From contig CAVSBZ010000002.1 in the NCBI GenBank assembly GCA_963726315.1, positions 181,960 to 245,959 of the forward strand: a stretch of DNA of 64,000 nucleotides, written 5' to 3'. The number at the start of each line of letters is the position of its first letter. The stretch's first letter is position 1. The stretch comes from an uncultured Chloroflexia bacterium. Lineage in GTDB: Bacteria > Chloroflexota > Anaerolineae > Anaerolineales > UBA4823. Shown here piece after piece: positions 10,189 through 21,419 of the stretch. Under the pieces are notes generated by a model that saw only the letters and a program-made list of their open reading frames with translations, was not told the origin of the DNA and searched no databases. Both the position numbers and the translations under genes were made by a program.

Positions 10189-10521
10189 CTATACCTGCGG
10201 TTCACCGGGTATCAACTCAAAAGAGGTGGTTTCGTAAATACTATTGCAAACTATACACTCATAATGAAGTCTAATTTTGAATATAGATACATAAGATTTA
10301 GTCATTTCCATCCGATGATTGCAGCCTGGTTTTTCACACCGAACCGGTAAACTCCAGAAATAAATATTGAGTATTGCTGTAATAATGAAAAACGCTAAGA
10401 GAGGTATTAGGTTTTTCCATAAGATTGCAATTAAAGTAACGATGAAAAAGGTAGGTATGCCAACAAGAAGACCAAAGTAATAATACATATTCAATAATAT
10501 TGCATGTGTTTTTGGATGCAT
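10189..10521 (-). CDS. Small membrane protein with a C-terminal zinc ribbon
   Basis: Two TM helices, then CEKPGC...CIVC. Confidence 0.6.
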   Translation of the reverse strand: MHPKTHAILLNMYYYFGLLVGIPTFFIVTLIAILWKNLIPLLAFFIITAILNIYFWSLPVRCEKPGCNHRMEMTKSYVSIFKIRLHYECIVCNSIYETTSFELIPGEPQV

Positions 10522-10913
10522 CTTCTGAACCTTTCCAAATTATAACTTCTTATTCTCATACTGATTACCAAATCCCATACTCCTGGCGTTCGGGCAATAC
10601 TTTTCTAGAATGTACTATATTATGACCATAACGAGTGGTGTAAATGGCTTAATGCTGCCAAACAAGTATAACAATGCTTGGGAGTTTTTGTTTTATTTGG
10701 TTTTGGACAAAATATAGAGCTAATTGTAATACCCTGATCATCGGCTAATTCTTATTTTGGAATAGATAATAAAATGATAAGGAATGGATATTCAATAATC
10801 AAATTTAGGGTAGCAGAAAGCGACTAATATTGTTATAATATATTATAGGTATGTTTCTAATCCATTTTTATCTTTATTAAGGCTAAACGAATAACATAAA
10901 TAAGGAGAATGCG

Positions 10914-11669
10914 ATGCGAAATTTATCTGAGAAACGTGTACTCATAACTGGTGGGGCACGAGGAATTGGAGCAGCTACAGCAAAGCGCTTTTTAGAAGAA
11001 GGATCACGGGTAGTAGTTATAGATCGTTATCGCCCGGCCTTAGAAGAGATTAAAAAAGAACTTCCGCAATTGGAAGATACTCTCTTAGGAGATGTATCAA
11101 TTTTAGATGATGTATATCGTATTTTTGCGCATATTGATCAGATCTGGCAAGGATTGGATGTGTTGATCAATAATGCAGGAATCAGCATCCGCCACAAATT
11201 CATGGATATCACGCCTGAAGAATGGCAGGATATCATGAATACAAACTTAACTGGTTTGTTCTACATGGCTAAGGAAGCTGCAAAACGCATGCTGGCAGCT
11301 GAAAAGGGGGTAATTATAAACATGGGATCAACAAGCGGTTTCACGGGTTATCATTATTATGCTGATTACAATGCGTCCAAGGCGGGTGTAATAGAACTAT
11401 CGCGTTCGATGGCCTTGGAACTCGCCCCCTATGTACGGGTAATCGCACTTTGTCCAGGTTATGTCTTGACTCCCATGCAGGAGGCAGAATATACCCCTGA
11501 AATGATGCGAGAAGTTGACAGAAAGATTCCTTTGGGGAGGCAGGCTAGACCTGAGGAAATGGCAGCAGTATTTGCCTTCCTAGCCTCCGACGATGCAAGT
11601 TACATCACAGGGAGTGCAATTACCGCAGATGGCGGTGAGACTGCTGGTGGACTGGCAAGTCAGAAATGA
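10914..11669 (+). CDS. Short-chain dehydrogenase/reductase (FabG-like)
   Basis: TGGARGIG, NNAG, YNASK. Confidence 0.93.
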   Translation: MRNLSEKRVLITGGARGIGAATAKRFLEEGSRVVVIDRYRPALEEIKKELPQLEDTLLGDVSILDDVYRIFAHIDQIWQGLDVLINNAGISIRHKFMDITPEEWQDIMNTNLTGLFYMAKEAAKRMLAAEKGVIINMGSTSGFTGYHYYADYNASKAGVIELSRSMALELAPYVRVIALCPGYVLTPMQEAEYTPEMMREVDRKIPLGRQARPEEMAAVFAFLASDDASYITGSAITADGGETAGGLASQK

Positions 11670-11722
11670 TTGTCAATAGAAGTAATGTTATTGATATTAG
11701 ACTAAAGCTTCTATGCTCGCTT

Positions 11723-12166
11723 TCAATTCGCAACATGTGGTGCATTCCAACAAGGCGACTTATGTACGTGCACCACTTTCCAAATACCGTCTAATTTGAC
11801 CATTACACGACTTTCATTATGAGCCTCCACACGCTCACCATCTGGAGATGACGTGCTAACAAGAAGTGTGTAACTTGCTATGGCAGTATCGCTATAGCAT
11901 TGAATACGAAGATTAGCAAGGTCAAATCTTGATTGGACCATTTGCTTCTCAGCTTGGTTTTCCTGTTTTTTTTGGGCTTGTCGCTTGGCATCAGCAATAA
12001 TCATGAATTCATGAAAAGGTAGTCCATCAATTCGATGAGGTGTCAGCCACCATTCATATACAGCCAGATCTTCAGCACAGGTAGCACGGTAGGTCTCTAA
12101 ATCGTTATCCTGGACTGCCTGTAAGTGTTTTAATAGAAACTCGTGAATTTCATCATCTACGGCCAT
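11723..12166 (-). CDS. NTF2/SnoaL-like (DUF4440/CaMKII-AD-like) protein
   Basis: HRIDGLPFHEF...ESRVMVKLDGIWKVVHVHKS. Confidence 0.75.
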   Translation of the reverse strand: MAVDDEIHEFLLKHLQAVQDNDLETYRATCAEDLAVYEWWLTPHRIDGLPFHEFMIIADAKRQAQKKQENQAEKQMVQSRFDLANLRIQCYSDTAIASYTLLVSTSSPDGERVEAHNESRVMVKLDGIWKVVHVHKSPCWNAPHVAN

Positions 12167-12530
12167 TGTGATCCTCTATTCGTTATAATATTGTTGTAAT
12201 GGTGAGTTTACTAGAAAATGCTTTACCACAAACCCACAAAGCATCATTATATAAAGTTTTTATATCTTCCTGTAATGGTGGAAAAAGTAGCTTCTTGCAG
12301 TTACTCCATTTTTTATTGAGTATCCTTTAATAAAAGTGCATGGATAATAAAAATCAAGACGATAATCTGTAATGAGAAAAAGATCATGAGTAGTGGTAAT
12401 TTGATAGTTATTCTTTTATCGACAGAAAGTATTTTAATACATATTATGTAAAAACAGTAAATGACTAAACAGATTGTCACAGATCGTCAGATTGAACCAA
12501 TTAGAATCCAATACACAAAGGAACCCAAGC

Positions 12531-13973
12531 ATGCCTCCAAATCAACCAACTCTACGGGTTTTAACCGAGCTAGAATGTGATCAAATTGAAGAAACCACAT
12601 TCCGATTGTTGGAGGAAGTGGGTATTCGATTGCAGCATCAGCTTGCAACAGAAATGCTTCAAGGTCAGGGCTGTATCGTCCAGGGTGATCGGGTATTAAT
12701 TCCACGGGAGGTCGTGGAATGGGGTCTGGCAAATGTCAATCGAGATGCTGTATTTCGCAGTGCCGACGGTGGTAATGAAGTTGTCTTGGGGCAAGGCTCC
12801 TTCCTCACCCACAATGGAGGAAGTGTTCCGAACTTCGAAGATCTTGAGACCGGTAAGCGTCGGCCGGCGAAATTACAAGACCTGATCGATGGTACACGCG
12901 TTCTCGACGCGCTACCCAATATCGATGTAGTCATTCCCCTGGTTGGACCACAGGATGTGCCGGAAGAGCTGATGACCATTGCTTCGTTCGAAGCAATGCT
13001 TCACCACACGCGTAAACCAATCGGGGGAGCAGCAGTGGAGAACCCTACGGATGTTCGTTACATGATTGAGTTGGCATCTGCTTGCTGCGGGGGAAAAGAT
13101 GCATTTCGCGCCCGTCCTACCATCCCAATCCTGGCCTCGCCAATCAGCCCGTTGACTTTTACCGAAAAAGTGACGAGCGCTATCCTAGCAATTGTGGAAG
13201 GGGGTGCCACATTTTTCCCCTTGCCTGCTCCGACAATGGGAGCGAGTGGTCCAATCACCATGGCTGGGATACTTGCACAGCAGCATGCTGAAGTATTAGC
13301 AAGCATCGTCATTACAGCTGCTGCTCATCCTGGAGCGTGCGTGGTTTATTGTTCACGGATTAATCCAATCGATATGCGGACAGGAGTATCCTGGTGGGGT
13401 GGTCCAGATATGGGTATGGCAGGCGCATGCGCAACCCAGCTGGCACACCGAAGCGGGTTGAAGTCTGATGTCTATGGTCTATGTACCAGTGCAGCTAGAC
13501 TGGATCCAAGGTTTGCTTATGAGAAATTAGCCAATGCGCTGACGCCAGCATTGGCAGGTGCGGATATCCTTTCAGGAGCAGGCACCATGGATAGCGGTAT
13601 GACAGCAACCTTAACTGGGGCAGTACTTGATAATGAAATATTAAGTCTTATCCATCACATTATACGCGGATATGGGGTAAATGAAGAAACGCTGGCATTC
13701 GAAGTGATGAAGAAAGTGATATTGAACGATGATATTTTTCTGGGCCAATTACATACTGTAAAACACTTGCGAGACGGCACCATATGGTTCCCCGAAATAA
13801 ATGAACGAGTAAAAGAGACTGACATCGACTCAAGGATTGGTTTAGTTACTTTCGCAACTGACCAGGTTCATGAACTTCTTAAAATGCCCGAGAAGGAGAC
13901 TCTCACTGAATCAGTTAGCCGTAATCTTGAAGAAATTATGGAGCAGGCACGGCGCGAATTAGTCACGTCATGA
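12531..13973 (+). CDS. MttB-family (non-pyrrolysine) methylamine/quaternary-amine:corrinoid methyltransferase
   Basis: LEEVGI, SPISPL, MGASGPITMAG, DMRTG, GADILSGAG; no in-frame amber; ATG at 12531 preferred. Confidence 0.88.
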   Translation: MPPNQPTLRVLTELECDQIEETTFRLLEEVGIRLQHQLATEMLQGQGCIVQGDRVLIPREVVEWGLANVNRDAVFRSADGGNEVVLGQGSFLTHNGGSVPNFEDLETGKRRPAKLQDLIDGTRVLDALPNIDVVIPLVGPQDVPEELMTIASFEAMLHHTRKPIGGAAVENPTDVRYMIELASACCGGKDAFRARPTIPILASPISPLTFTEKVTSAILAIVEGGATFFPLPAPTMGASGPITMAGILAQQHAEVLASIVITAAAHPGACVVYCSRINPIDMRTGVSWWGGPDMGMAGACATQLAHRSGLKSDVYGLCTSAARLDPRFAYEKLANALTPALAGADILSGAGTMDSGMTATLTGAVLDNEILSLIHHIIRGYGVNEETLAFEVMKKVILNDDIFLGQLHTVKHLRDGTIWFPEINERVKETDIDSRIGLVTFATDQVHELLKMPEKETLTESVSRNLEEIMEQARRELVTS

Positions 13974-14184
13974 ACTCCTAAAGCGGATTTTGCTGTGTCA
14001 GGAAAAAGAAGCAAAAAACTAGCGAATTATTATGCAAAATGCGATAATTCGAATTCAACAAAAATTCTCGAGAGTACTATGACCATAGAAAGGAGGTTCA
14101 GACTGTAGCCATAATCGATTAAAGGAGTAGCACAAATATTTTCATTGGTTAAGATAAACCAACCAGAGATAAAGGAGATACGAA

Positions 14185-15846
14185 ATGAAGAAAAGATTAA
14201 CCCATAGAGATTTTTTTAGACTCGTGTTTGGATTGGTGATGGTTTTAACGATATTATTAGCCGGTTGTACTTCTGCTGCAACCAACACACCTGAAACCGC
14301 ACCGGTAACATCCGAACCTCCTGTGTCAGTTCCACCTACAGCAGTTCCACCCACAGCAGTTCCTCCCACGGCGGTTCCTCCAACTGAGGTCCCCGCTGAA
14401 CCTAAAGTTCTTAAAATTCGGTTATACGGTGACATTCAGAACCTAGACCCCGCTTTCTATAAGTCAGCCAATGATAAAGTTGTAGGCACCAATGTGTATA
14501 GCGGTCTGGTGACCTACGCGCCAAACTCGTATGATATCAAAAACGATCTCGCTGAAAGCATCGAAACTTCTGAAGATGGGACACGCATCACCTTCAAGCT
14601 TCGGGAAGGTGTGCAATGGCAGAACGGTTATGGCGAGGTGACTACAGATGACGTTAAGTTTTCATATGAGCGATTCATCGACCCTGAGCTTAAAGCAGCG
14701 TACGCCGATGATTGGGCTCAATTGGACCATGTTGAGATTATCGACAAGTATAACGGTGTAATCGTCTTAAAAGGCCCATTTGCACCGATTTGGCATTCCA
14801 CTTTACCCGTCACTGCTGGGTGGGTGTTGTGCAAGGCGTATGTAGAAAAAGTTGGTCTTGAAACTCTTGCAACCAAACCCTTGGGTAGCGGGCCGTACAT
14901 CTTGTCTGATTGGCAGCCCAAACAACAAGTTACATTAACGCGCAACCCTGATTATTTTGGAACCCAGCCATACTATGATGAAATCGACTTCATCCCCATC
15001 GAGGATGATAAAGCTGCCGAGATCTCCATGGAGGCCGGTGAACTGGATTTTTCTCAGATTAGCATCGACTCGTTCGATCAATTCTCCAGCAATACCGATT
15101 TCACCACTGTTAAAGTGCCGAACATCCGTTTCAGCTGGATTGGCTTGAACGTGGAAAATCCCAAATTAGCGGATATCAACGTCCGACTGGCAATCCGTTA
15201 CGGTGTTGACGTGAATAGCATTATCGAAGCCACCTACTTTGGGTTAGTAGATCGGGAATATGGTTTGATCGCACCTGGCCTGGTTGGGTATTGGAAAGAT
15301 GCACCACAGTATGAACGCGATGTGGCAAAGGCGAAAGATTATCTGGCAAAGGCTGGCCTCACCTCCCTGGATATCCGATTCGATATTTTGAATACGACCG
15401 AATATCAAACCTGGGCTCAAATCGTCCAACAGAATCTGAAAGAAGTTGGGATCAATGTGACCATCAACCCAATGGACTCTGCCAGCTTCTGGTCCATCGG
15501 CGATGGAGACAATGGTAAGAATGTTGAGATGTTTGGGATCAACTACTCCATGGAGCCGGATCCCTCCTGGGCGACGGTGTGGTTCACGACCGCTCAAGTT
15601 GGTATCTGGAACTGGATGCGCTGGTCGAACGCCGAGTATGATCAATTACACCAGGAAGGTTTGACAACGCTTGATAATGCAAAACGTGATGAAATTTATA
15701 TAAAAATGCAGCAGCTTTTCGATGAGGCTGCCCATACCATCTGGATCACCCATGGAAACTTGGTCTTTGTATACAAACCGAATGTCAGTGTAGCCATGAC
15801 GCCAAATGGAGTTATCCAGCCTTATTCCTTCTCTGGAAATCCATAA
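14185..15846 (+). CDS. Opp/Dpp-family ABC substrate-binding lipoprotein
   Basis: LLAGC lipobox, VPPTA repeats, LDPA, FKLREGVQW, GSGPY. Confidence 0.92.
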   Translation: MKKRLTHRDFFRLVFGLVMVLTILLAGCTSAATNTPETAPVTSEPPVSVPPTAVPPTAVPPTAVPPTEVPAEPKVLKIRLYGDIQNLDPAFYKSANDKVVGTNVYSGLVTYAPNSYDIKNDLAESIETSEDGTRITFKLREGVQWQNGYGEVTTDDVKFSYERFIDPELKAAYADDWAQLDHVEIIDKYNGVIVLKGPFAPIWHSTLPVTAGWVLCKAYVEKVGLETLATKPLGSGPYILSDWQPKQQVTLTRNPDYFGTQPYYDEIDFIPIEDDKAAEISMEAGELDFSQISIDSFDQFSSNTDFTTVKVPNIRFSWIGLNVENPKLADINVRLAIRYGVDVNSIIEATYFGLVDREYGLIAPGLVGYWKDAPQYERDVAKAKDYLAKAGLTSLDIRFDILNTTEYQTWAQIVQQNLKEVGINVTINPMDSASFWSIGDGDNGKNVEMFGINYSMEPDPSWATVWFTTAQVGIWNWMRWSNAEYDQLHQEGLTTLDNAKRDEIYIKMQQLFDEAAHTIWITHGNLVFVYKPNVSVAMTPNGVIQPYSFSGNP

Positions 15847-15876
15847 TCACTCACTTTACTGTTAGCTGTGTTTTTT

Positions 15877-15903
15877 GGGGCTCAGGAGTATCCCTGAGCC
15901 CCA
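15877..15903 (+). terminator. Hairpin after the SBP gene (mRNA stabiliser or partial terminator)
   Basis: ggggctcagg-agtatc-cctgagcccc. Confidence 0.55.
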
Positions 15904-15968
15904 GATGGTATACTAAGTAATTAAAAGTTAAGTCGAGTTTAGAGCGCCGATAATACAATCTCCTTGCT

Positions 15969-16916
15969 ATGCGTAGATATTTCCTAAAGCACATTTTAAT
16001 GACTGTTGTGGTCTTGATGGTAGTCATTGTTATTCTGGCGCTGTTGGTGCATATTGTTCCAGGTGACCCGGCCAGGGTCTTTCTAGGTCAGCGAGCTACG
16101 CCGGATTTGATCGCCAGATTTCGAAGCTCCATGGACCTCGATCAACCTGCTTATATCCAGGTTGCACGTTTCTTGTGGAGAACCTTGCATGGCGATCTGG
16201 GCACCGATTTATGGACTGGCCGTTCCTTAACGGCCACAATCGGAGACGTGCTGCCTCATACAATCATCCTTGCCTGGACAAGTCTCACATTGGCGGTAAT
16301 CGTTGGAATCCCATTGGGTGTCTTCTCAGCAAGCCACCCCGATTCGTTGGCAGATCGTGCCACGGCGATCCTTTCGATATCATTCATAACCATCCCCAGC
16401 TATGTTGGCGGTTTGATTATGTTACTTGTTTTTGCTGTTCAGCTCAAAGTCTTGCCCGCCATGGGTGTAGGCGAGGCAGACAATCCCGGGGATTACATCC
16501 GTCACCTGATATTGCCTTCCATTGCTCTAGCGATCCCCTGGGTGGGCTACCTTGCTCGATTGGTGCGGACCAGCCTGCTTGAAGTGTTCAACGCTGATTA
16601 CATTCGATCAGCTCGAGCCGCGGGACTTAAGGAAAACCTGATACTTTACAAGTATGCACTTAAAAATGCCTTGATTCCTACTATCGCAGTGCTTGGAGTT
16701 GGTATTGGCAACCTTATGGGGGGGGCAGTTTTCGTAGAAGTCATTTTCAACCGACCGGGTATGGGAACTCTTATCTATAATGCGATCCAAATGCGCAATT
16801 ACCCTCTGGTACGCGCCAGTGTGCTCACAGTTGCCCTTCTTTTTATATTAGCTAACTTGATGACCGATATTGTCTATACCTACATCGACCCCCGCATCCA
16901 AATTGAAAGGAAATAA
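15969..16916 (+). CDS. Opp/Dpp ABC permease (OppB-like)
   Basis: PGDPA, GDLG, HLILP, DYIRSARAAGL, YIDPRI. Confidence 0.92.
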   Translation: MRRYFLKHILMTVVVLMVVIVILALLVHIVPGDPARVFLGQRATPDLIARFRSSMDLDQPAYIQVARFLWRTLHGDLGTDLWTGRSLTATIGDVLPHTIILAWTSLTLAVIVGIPLGVFSASHPDSLADRATAILSISFITIPSYVGGLIMLLVFAVQLKVLPAMGVGEADNPGDYIRHLILPSIALAIPWVGYLARLVRTSLLEVFNADYIRSARAAGLKENLILYKYALKNALIPTIAVLGVGIGNLMGGAVFVEVIFNRPGMGTLIYNAIQMRNYPLVRASVLTVALLFILANLMTDIVYTYIDPRIQIERK

Positions 16917-16929
16917 GCTTCCCTTACAC

Positions 16930-17820
16930 ATGGAATCCTCTCTCACTCGAAAGAGGCGCATTGATAATATCCTAAATCGTATACCGGTTCTCGGGGATGT
17001 GCTGAGACGTCCAATGGGGGTGCTTGGTTTTACGATTGTTTTAAGCTTTGCCTTGGTGGTAATCTTTGCCCCAATCATCGCGCCCTATCCTCCCGATGCT
17101 TTGGATATTCCTCACAAGTTGGAAGGACCTTCGTCCACTTACCTGTTGGGTACCGATCACCTCGGACGAGATCTATTATCACGGTTAATCTATGGCTCGC
17201 GGATTGCCCTAGGTACAGCGCTTTCCGCAGTGGGGATTGCTCTCACCCTGGGGTTAATCTTGGGTTTGATCTCAGGTTATGGGGGTGGCACTATCGATAA
17301 TATTATCCTTGTCATCCTTAATTCGGTCCAAGCTTTTCCAGCGGTTATCCTTGCCTTGGCGATGTTGGCTTTACTCGGACCTTCTTTACTCAACGTAATT
17401 CTTGTCATCGGTGTTACTTGGGCACCCGGGTACGCCCGAGTTGTACGGGCGCAAGTATTATCAGTTAAGGAGAACACTTACATAGAGGCAGAACGTTCTA
17501 TAGGTGCCAGTCAAAAACGTATTGTACTTCTTCATATCCTCCCAAACATACTAGCACCGTTGGTAATCTTAGTGGCGATGGACATCCCCGTAGTGATAGC
17601 CTTTGAAGCCGGGTTATCCTTCCTGGGATTGGGTGCACCCCCACCCACTCCATCTTGGGGCGCAATTCTTTCCGAAGGTTTTCGTTTCATCCGTAACTCA
17701 CCCTGGCCAATCACCTGGGCAGCATTAACGTTGATGCTAACAACCTTAGGTTTTACCCTGTTTGGAGAGACCCTGCGAGACGTACTGGACCCCCGGTTTT
17801 CAGGATTATGGAGAGCATGA
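16930..17820 (+). CDS. Opp/Dpp ABC permease (OppC-like)
   Basis: LGTDHLGRD, YIEAERSIGA, HILPN, PPTPSWG, GETLRDVLDP. Confidence 0.92.
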   Translation: MESSLTRKRRIDNILNRIPVLGDVLRRPMGVLGFTIVLSFALVVIFAPIIAPYPPDALDIPHKLEGPSSTYLLGTDHLGRDLLSRLIYGSRIALGTALSAVGIALTLGLILGLISGYGGGTIDNIILVILNSVQAFPAVILALAMLALLGPSLLNVILVIGVTWAPGYARVVRAQVLSVKENTYIEAERSIGASQKRIVLLHILPNILAPLVILVAMDIPVVIAFEAGLSFLGLGAPPPTPSWGAILSEGFRFIRNSPWPITWAALTLMLTTLGFTLFGETLRDVLDPRFSGLWRA

Positions 17821-19904
17821 TGGAATCTATTCTCCGTGTCGAAGATCTCCATATCAGTTATCAGACCCGTTATGGAAATCTTCCAGCAATTCGAAATGTG
17901 AGTTTTGAAGTAAAAGAAAAGGAGATAGTTGGGATTGTTGGAGAATCAGGCTGCGGAAAAAGCACCGTAGCGGCATCGGTTCTGCGTTTGTTACCCCCTA
18001 ATGGCCGGATCACCGGCGGACATATCTGGTACAAAGGAAAAGACTTGACCGATGTAACTGAAGAACAAATGCGTGGTTTTCGTGGATTAGAGAGCTCGAT
18101 GATTTTCCAGGATCCGATGACCAGTTTAAATCCAGTCTTTTCGATCGAGTCCCAAATGGTAGATGCTTTAGCGGCTCATAATAAGCAATTAAGTGGTATG
18201 GAGGTTCGTCAAAAAGCCATTCAAATGCTTGAACGGGTCGGGATCCCGGACGCTCCTGAGCGCATAAAATGCTATCCCCATGAATATTCCGGGGGCATGC
18301 GCCAACGTGTCATGATTGCTATTGCGCTTCTTGCTAATCCATCATTTATGGTAGCCGACGAACCTACATCGGCGTTGGATGTCACCTTGGAGGCGCAGAT
18401 CTTGGATCTAATCCGCGGTCTGCGCGAGGAATTTGGTACGGGGATTCTATATATCTCACATGATCTTGGGGTCATGGCTCAATTGTGTGATCGGATCATT
18501 ATCATGTACGCCGGAAACATTGTGGAGAGTGGTGATGTATATGAAATTTTTGACAACCCCAAACACCCTTATACACAAGCTCTCTTGAATTCACATCCCA
18601 CGCGTAAATCAAATCGCACCCACCTGGCTACTATTCCTGGACAAGTACCTAATTTGAGAGAACTACCACCGGGCTGCAAATTCGCACCACGTTGCCAGAT
18701 GGCTAGATCGATCTGTGTTAGTACAGACCCTCTCTTCGTACAAACCGGAGCGAGTCAAGTCTTATGCCATATCTACGATACCCAGCACTCGCAACATTGG
18801 AATGGATTAACAACAAACGATCTATTTACGGTATCTGAGAATGAATTGCTGCAGACGAGAATAGGTCATCAGGTCCCTCAACATGCTGAAGGACAATTCA
18901 TCTTAAAAATCCGTGGGTTAAAAGTGCATTTCCAAGATCGGGCAGGTTTTTTGTCTAAAAAAAATGAGCAGAAACGAGGCGTCTTGCGCGCGGTTGATGG
19001 TATTGACCTTGAAATCCGGAGAGGAGAGACACTGGGGTTGGTCGGTGAGTCGGGATCTGGTAAGACTACCCTGGGTCGAACCATCCTGCGTTTGGAGAAC
19101 TCAACTTCTGGACAGACGATTTTGCTTGGTGAAGATATCAGTCACCTGTCAGAAGCCAAGGTACGGCCTCTTCGGGCTCGAATGCAGATGATATTTCAAG
19201 ACCCATGCAGTAGCTTGAGCCCACGTATGAAAGTTTCTGCGATTCTCTCAGAACCTTTTCGCATCCATAAAATCCCATTTAATTCCAGGGACAAAGTAGA
19301 GGAGCTCTTGAATATGGTGGGGCTTTCTCCCGAGCAGGCTGATAAGTACCCTCATGAATTATCAGGTGGACAAGCTCGCCGAGTGGGGATAGCTCGGGCT
19401 CTAGCTTTAAATCCGGAATTCCTGGTGGCAGATGAACCGACTGCGGGCTTGGATGTTTCGGTAGCAGCCAGTATACTAAACTTGTTAAAAGACTTGCGTG
19501 AGCAACTCAACCTGACATATTTAATCATCACTCACAATCTGAATGTAATCAGCTTCATTGCTGATCGGGTTGGGGTCATGTATTTGGGTAAACTGGTTGA
19601 ACTTGGAGCCACAGACGATATCTTCGATCATCCAAAGCATCCTTATACTCAGGCTTTAATTTCAGCTATTTCTGTGCCTGATCTCAGATTACGTAAGCTT
19701 CAGAGTCAACGCATCATTCTTAAGGGGGAGATTCCTAGTCCCAGAAACCCTCCTTCTGGTTGCCATTTCCACCCTCGCTGTCGGTATGCTGAAGAAAAAT
19801 GTTCCCGCGAGGCTCCAGTTTTTGAGTTGAAGAATGGAAGTGATCAATGGGTGGCTTGCCATTTTCCGGAGAAGGTTGAGCAACACCGGGTAGTTACATT
19901 ATAA
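17808..19904 (+). CDS. Fused OppD-OppF double ABC ATPase
   Basis: Two Walker A motifs (GESGCGKS, GESGSGKT), two signature motifs, two Cys-rich HPYT...C-terminal domains. Confidence 0.92.
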   Translation: MESMMESILRVEDLHISYQTRYGNLPAIRNVSFEVKEKEIVGIVGESGCGKSTVAASVLRLLPPNGRITGGHIWYKGKDLTDVTEEQMRGFRGLESSMIFQDPMTSLNPVFSIESQMVDALAAHNKQLSGMEVRQKAIQMLERVGIPDAPERIKCYPHEYSGGMRQRVMIAIALLANPSFMVADEPTSALDVTLEAQILDLIRGLREEFGTGILYISHDLGVMAQLCDRIIIMYAGNIVESGDVYEIFDNPKHPYTQALLNSHPTRKSNRTHLATIPGQVPNLRELPPGCKFAPRCQMARSICVSTDPLFVQTGASQVLCHIYDTQHSQHWNGLTTNDLFTVSENELLQTRIGHQVPQHAEGQFILKIRGLKVHFQDRAGFLSKKNEQKRGVLRAVDGIDLEIRRGETLGLVGESGSGKTTLGRTILRLENSTSGQTILLGEDISHLSEAKVRPLRARMQMIFQDPCSSLSPRMKVSAILSEPFRIHKIPFNSRDKVEELLNMVGLSPEQADKYPHELSGGQARRVGIARALALNPEFLVADEPTAGLDVSVAASILNLLKDLREQLNLTYLIITHNLNVISFIADRVGVMYLGKLVELGATDDIFDHPKHPYTQALISAISVPDLRLRKLQSQRIILKGEIPSPRNPPSGCHFHPRCRYAEEKCSREAPVFELKNGSDQWVACHFPEKVEQHRVVTL

Positions 19905-19978
19905 AATTAGCGCAATGATCGATTTCACCTGGTTTAAGAACCAGTTATTCGCCTTATCAAAATAATTAGGAGTGAATT

Positions 19979-20614
19979 ATGGATAACATACTTGATCGAA
20001 TCTCAAATGCAGTGGTTGATGGGCAATTGGATCAAATTACCTCCTTGACGAATGCCGCGTTAGCTTCTGGTCTCACGGCAAAGGATGTCTTGGATAAAGG
20101 CTTAATGCCTGGTATGGACATCATTGGTGTAGGGTTCAAGCGAGGAGATAAATTCATACCTGAAGTTTTGCTGGCGGCAACTACAATGCAGGTCGCGCTA
20201 GATATCCTTAAACCCCTCCTTATTCAGGCAGGAGAGAAGATGGCAGGAAAAGTCGTCATCGGGACAGTCAAAGGCGATGTGCACGATATCGGAAAAAAGT
20301 TAGTCGGCATGATGCTCGAAGGAGCCGGTTTCGAGGTGGTTGACATTGGTAAAGATGTGCCAATAGATAAATTCGTGGACGCCGTGAGAGAAGAGCAGCC
20401 AGACCTGATAGCCATGTCTGCCTTATTGACAACCACGATGGTATCAATGAGCCAAACGATCGCAGCTTTGAAGGAAGCCGGCCTTAGAGAAAAAGTTAAG
20501 ATCATGATTGGTGGTGCACCTGTGACAGCGGATTATGCTATACAGATCGGCGCAGATGGTTATGCTGCGAATGCACCGGAAGCTGTCGATTTAGCTATGA
20601 GGTTAGCTGACTGA
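19979..20614 (+). CDS. Cobalamin-binding corrinoid methyl-acceptor protein (MttC/MtbC-like)
   Basis: GTVKGDVHDIGK, SALLTTT, IGGAP, IGADGY. Confidence 0.92.
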   Translation: MDNILDRISNAVVDGQLDQITSLTNAALASGLTAKDVLDKGLMPGMDIIGVGFKRGDKFIPEVLLAATTMQVALDILKPLLIQAGEKMAGKVVIGTVKGDVHDIGKKLVGMMLEGAGFEVVDIGKDVPIDKFVDAVREEQPDLIAMSALLTTTMVSMSQTIAALKEAGLREKVKIMIGGAPVTADYAIQIGADGYAANAPEAVDLAMRLAD

Positions 20615-20690
20615 AGTTGTGTTATTAGCCTGCCGATCAAAAACCTTACCGGCAGAGGATGAAAAACCAAATTTACTCAGAGTTTCCAAT

Positions 20691-21395
20691 TCACCTTATT
20701 ACCAAACTCAGGATGTATACGATCAATGGTGCGATTACTAGTGCTGGGAGAAAGTTCCCAACCCAAATCTTCTTGATTTCTAATAGACTACTGATGCCGA
20801 CACCCATCAAAAGTATTCCACCTGTAGCTGTCAGCTCATTCATCATCACGACACTGATGATGGCATCCAGCTTTCCAGCCAGCAGGCTAATACTTCCCTG
20901 ATAGGCAAGTACTGGCAGAGATGAAAATGCTACTCCTATTCCAAGTGTCGATGCAAAGGCTATTGATATAAAGCCATCAAGAACTGATTTAATAGAAAGT
21001 GTCAGAAAGTCTCCCCGCAGCCCGTCACTAATTGAACCAAGAATCGCCATAGGTCCAATACAAAAAAGCATAGATGCACTGAGAAAGCCATGTACAAAAC
21101 GGCTGGATTTCCCCTCCGAACTACCCTTTACTCGTTTTTCCAGCCAAATTCCTAGCACTTGCATTTTATCTTCAATTTTCCACCACTCACCCAACAATGC
21201 GCCAACAATTAATGCACCCAACACAACGAGAGGTTTTTCGGTTTTCAAAAACATCTGGAAACCTATGGCCGTTGTAAATAAGCCCATACCCGCAATCACG
21301 GTATTTTTAATATTCTCTGAGAGACGCCTCCCAAAGAAAATTCCAAGTAAACCACCAACAATTATGGCGGCGACATTGATAAAGGTTCCGGTCAT
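20691..21395 (-). CDS. DUF554-family membrane protein
   Basis: GTFINVAAIIVG, FCIGPMAILGS, KSVLDG, NFLPAL. Confidence 0.85.
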   Translation of the reverse strand: MTGTFINVAAIIVGGLLGIFFGRRLSENIKNTVIAGMGLFTTAIGFQMFLKTEKPLVVLGALIVGALLGEWWKIEDKMQVLGIWLEKRVKGSSEGKSSRFVHGFLSASMLFCIGPMAILGSISDGLRGDFLTLSIKSVLDGFISIAFASTLGIGVAFSSLPVLAYQGSISLLAGKLDAIISVVMMNELTATGGILLMGVGISSLLEIKKIWVGNFLPALVIAPLIVYILSLVIR

Positions 21396-21419
21396 TCCAG
21401 GTCACTAGTAGTCAGAGTA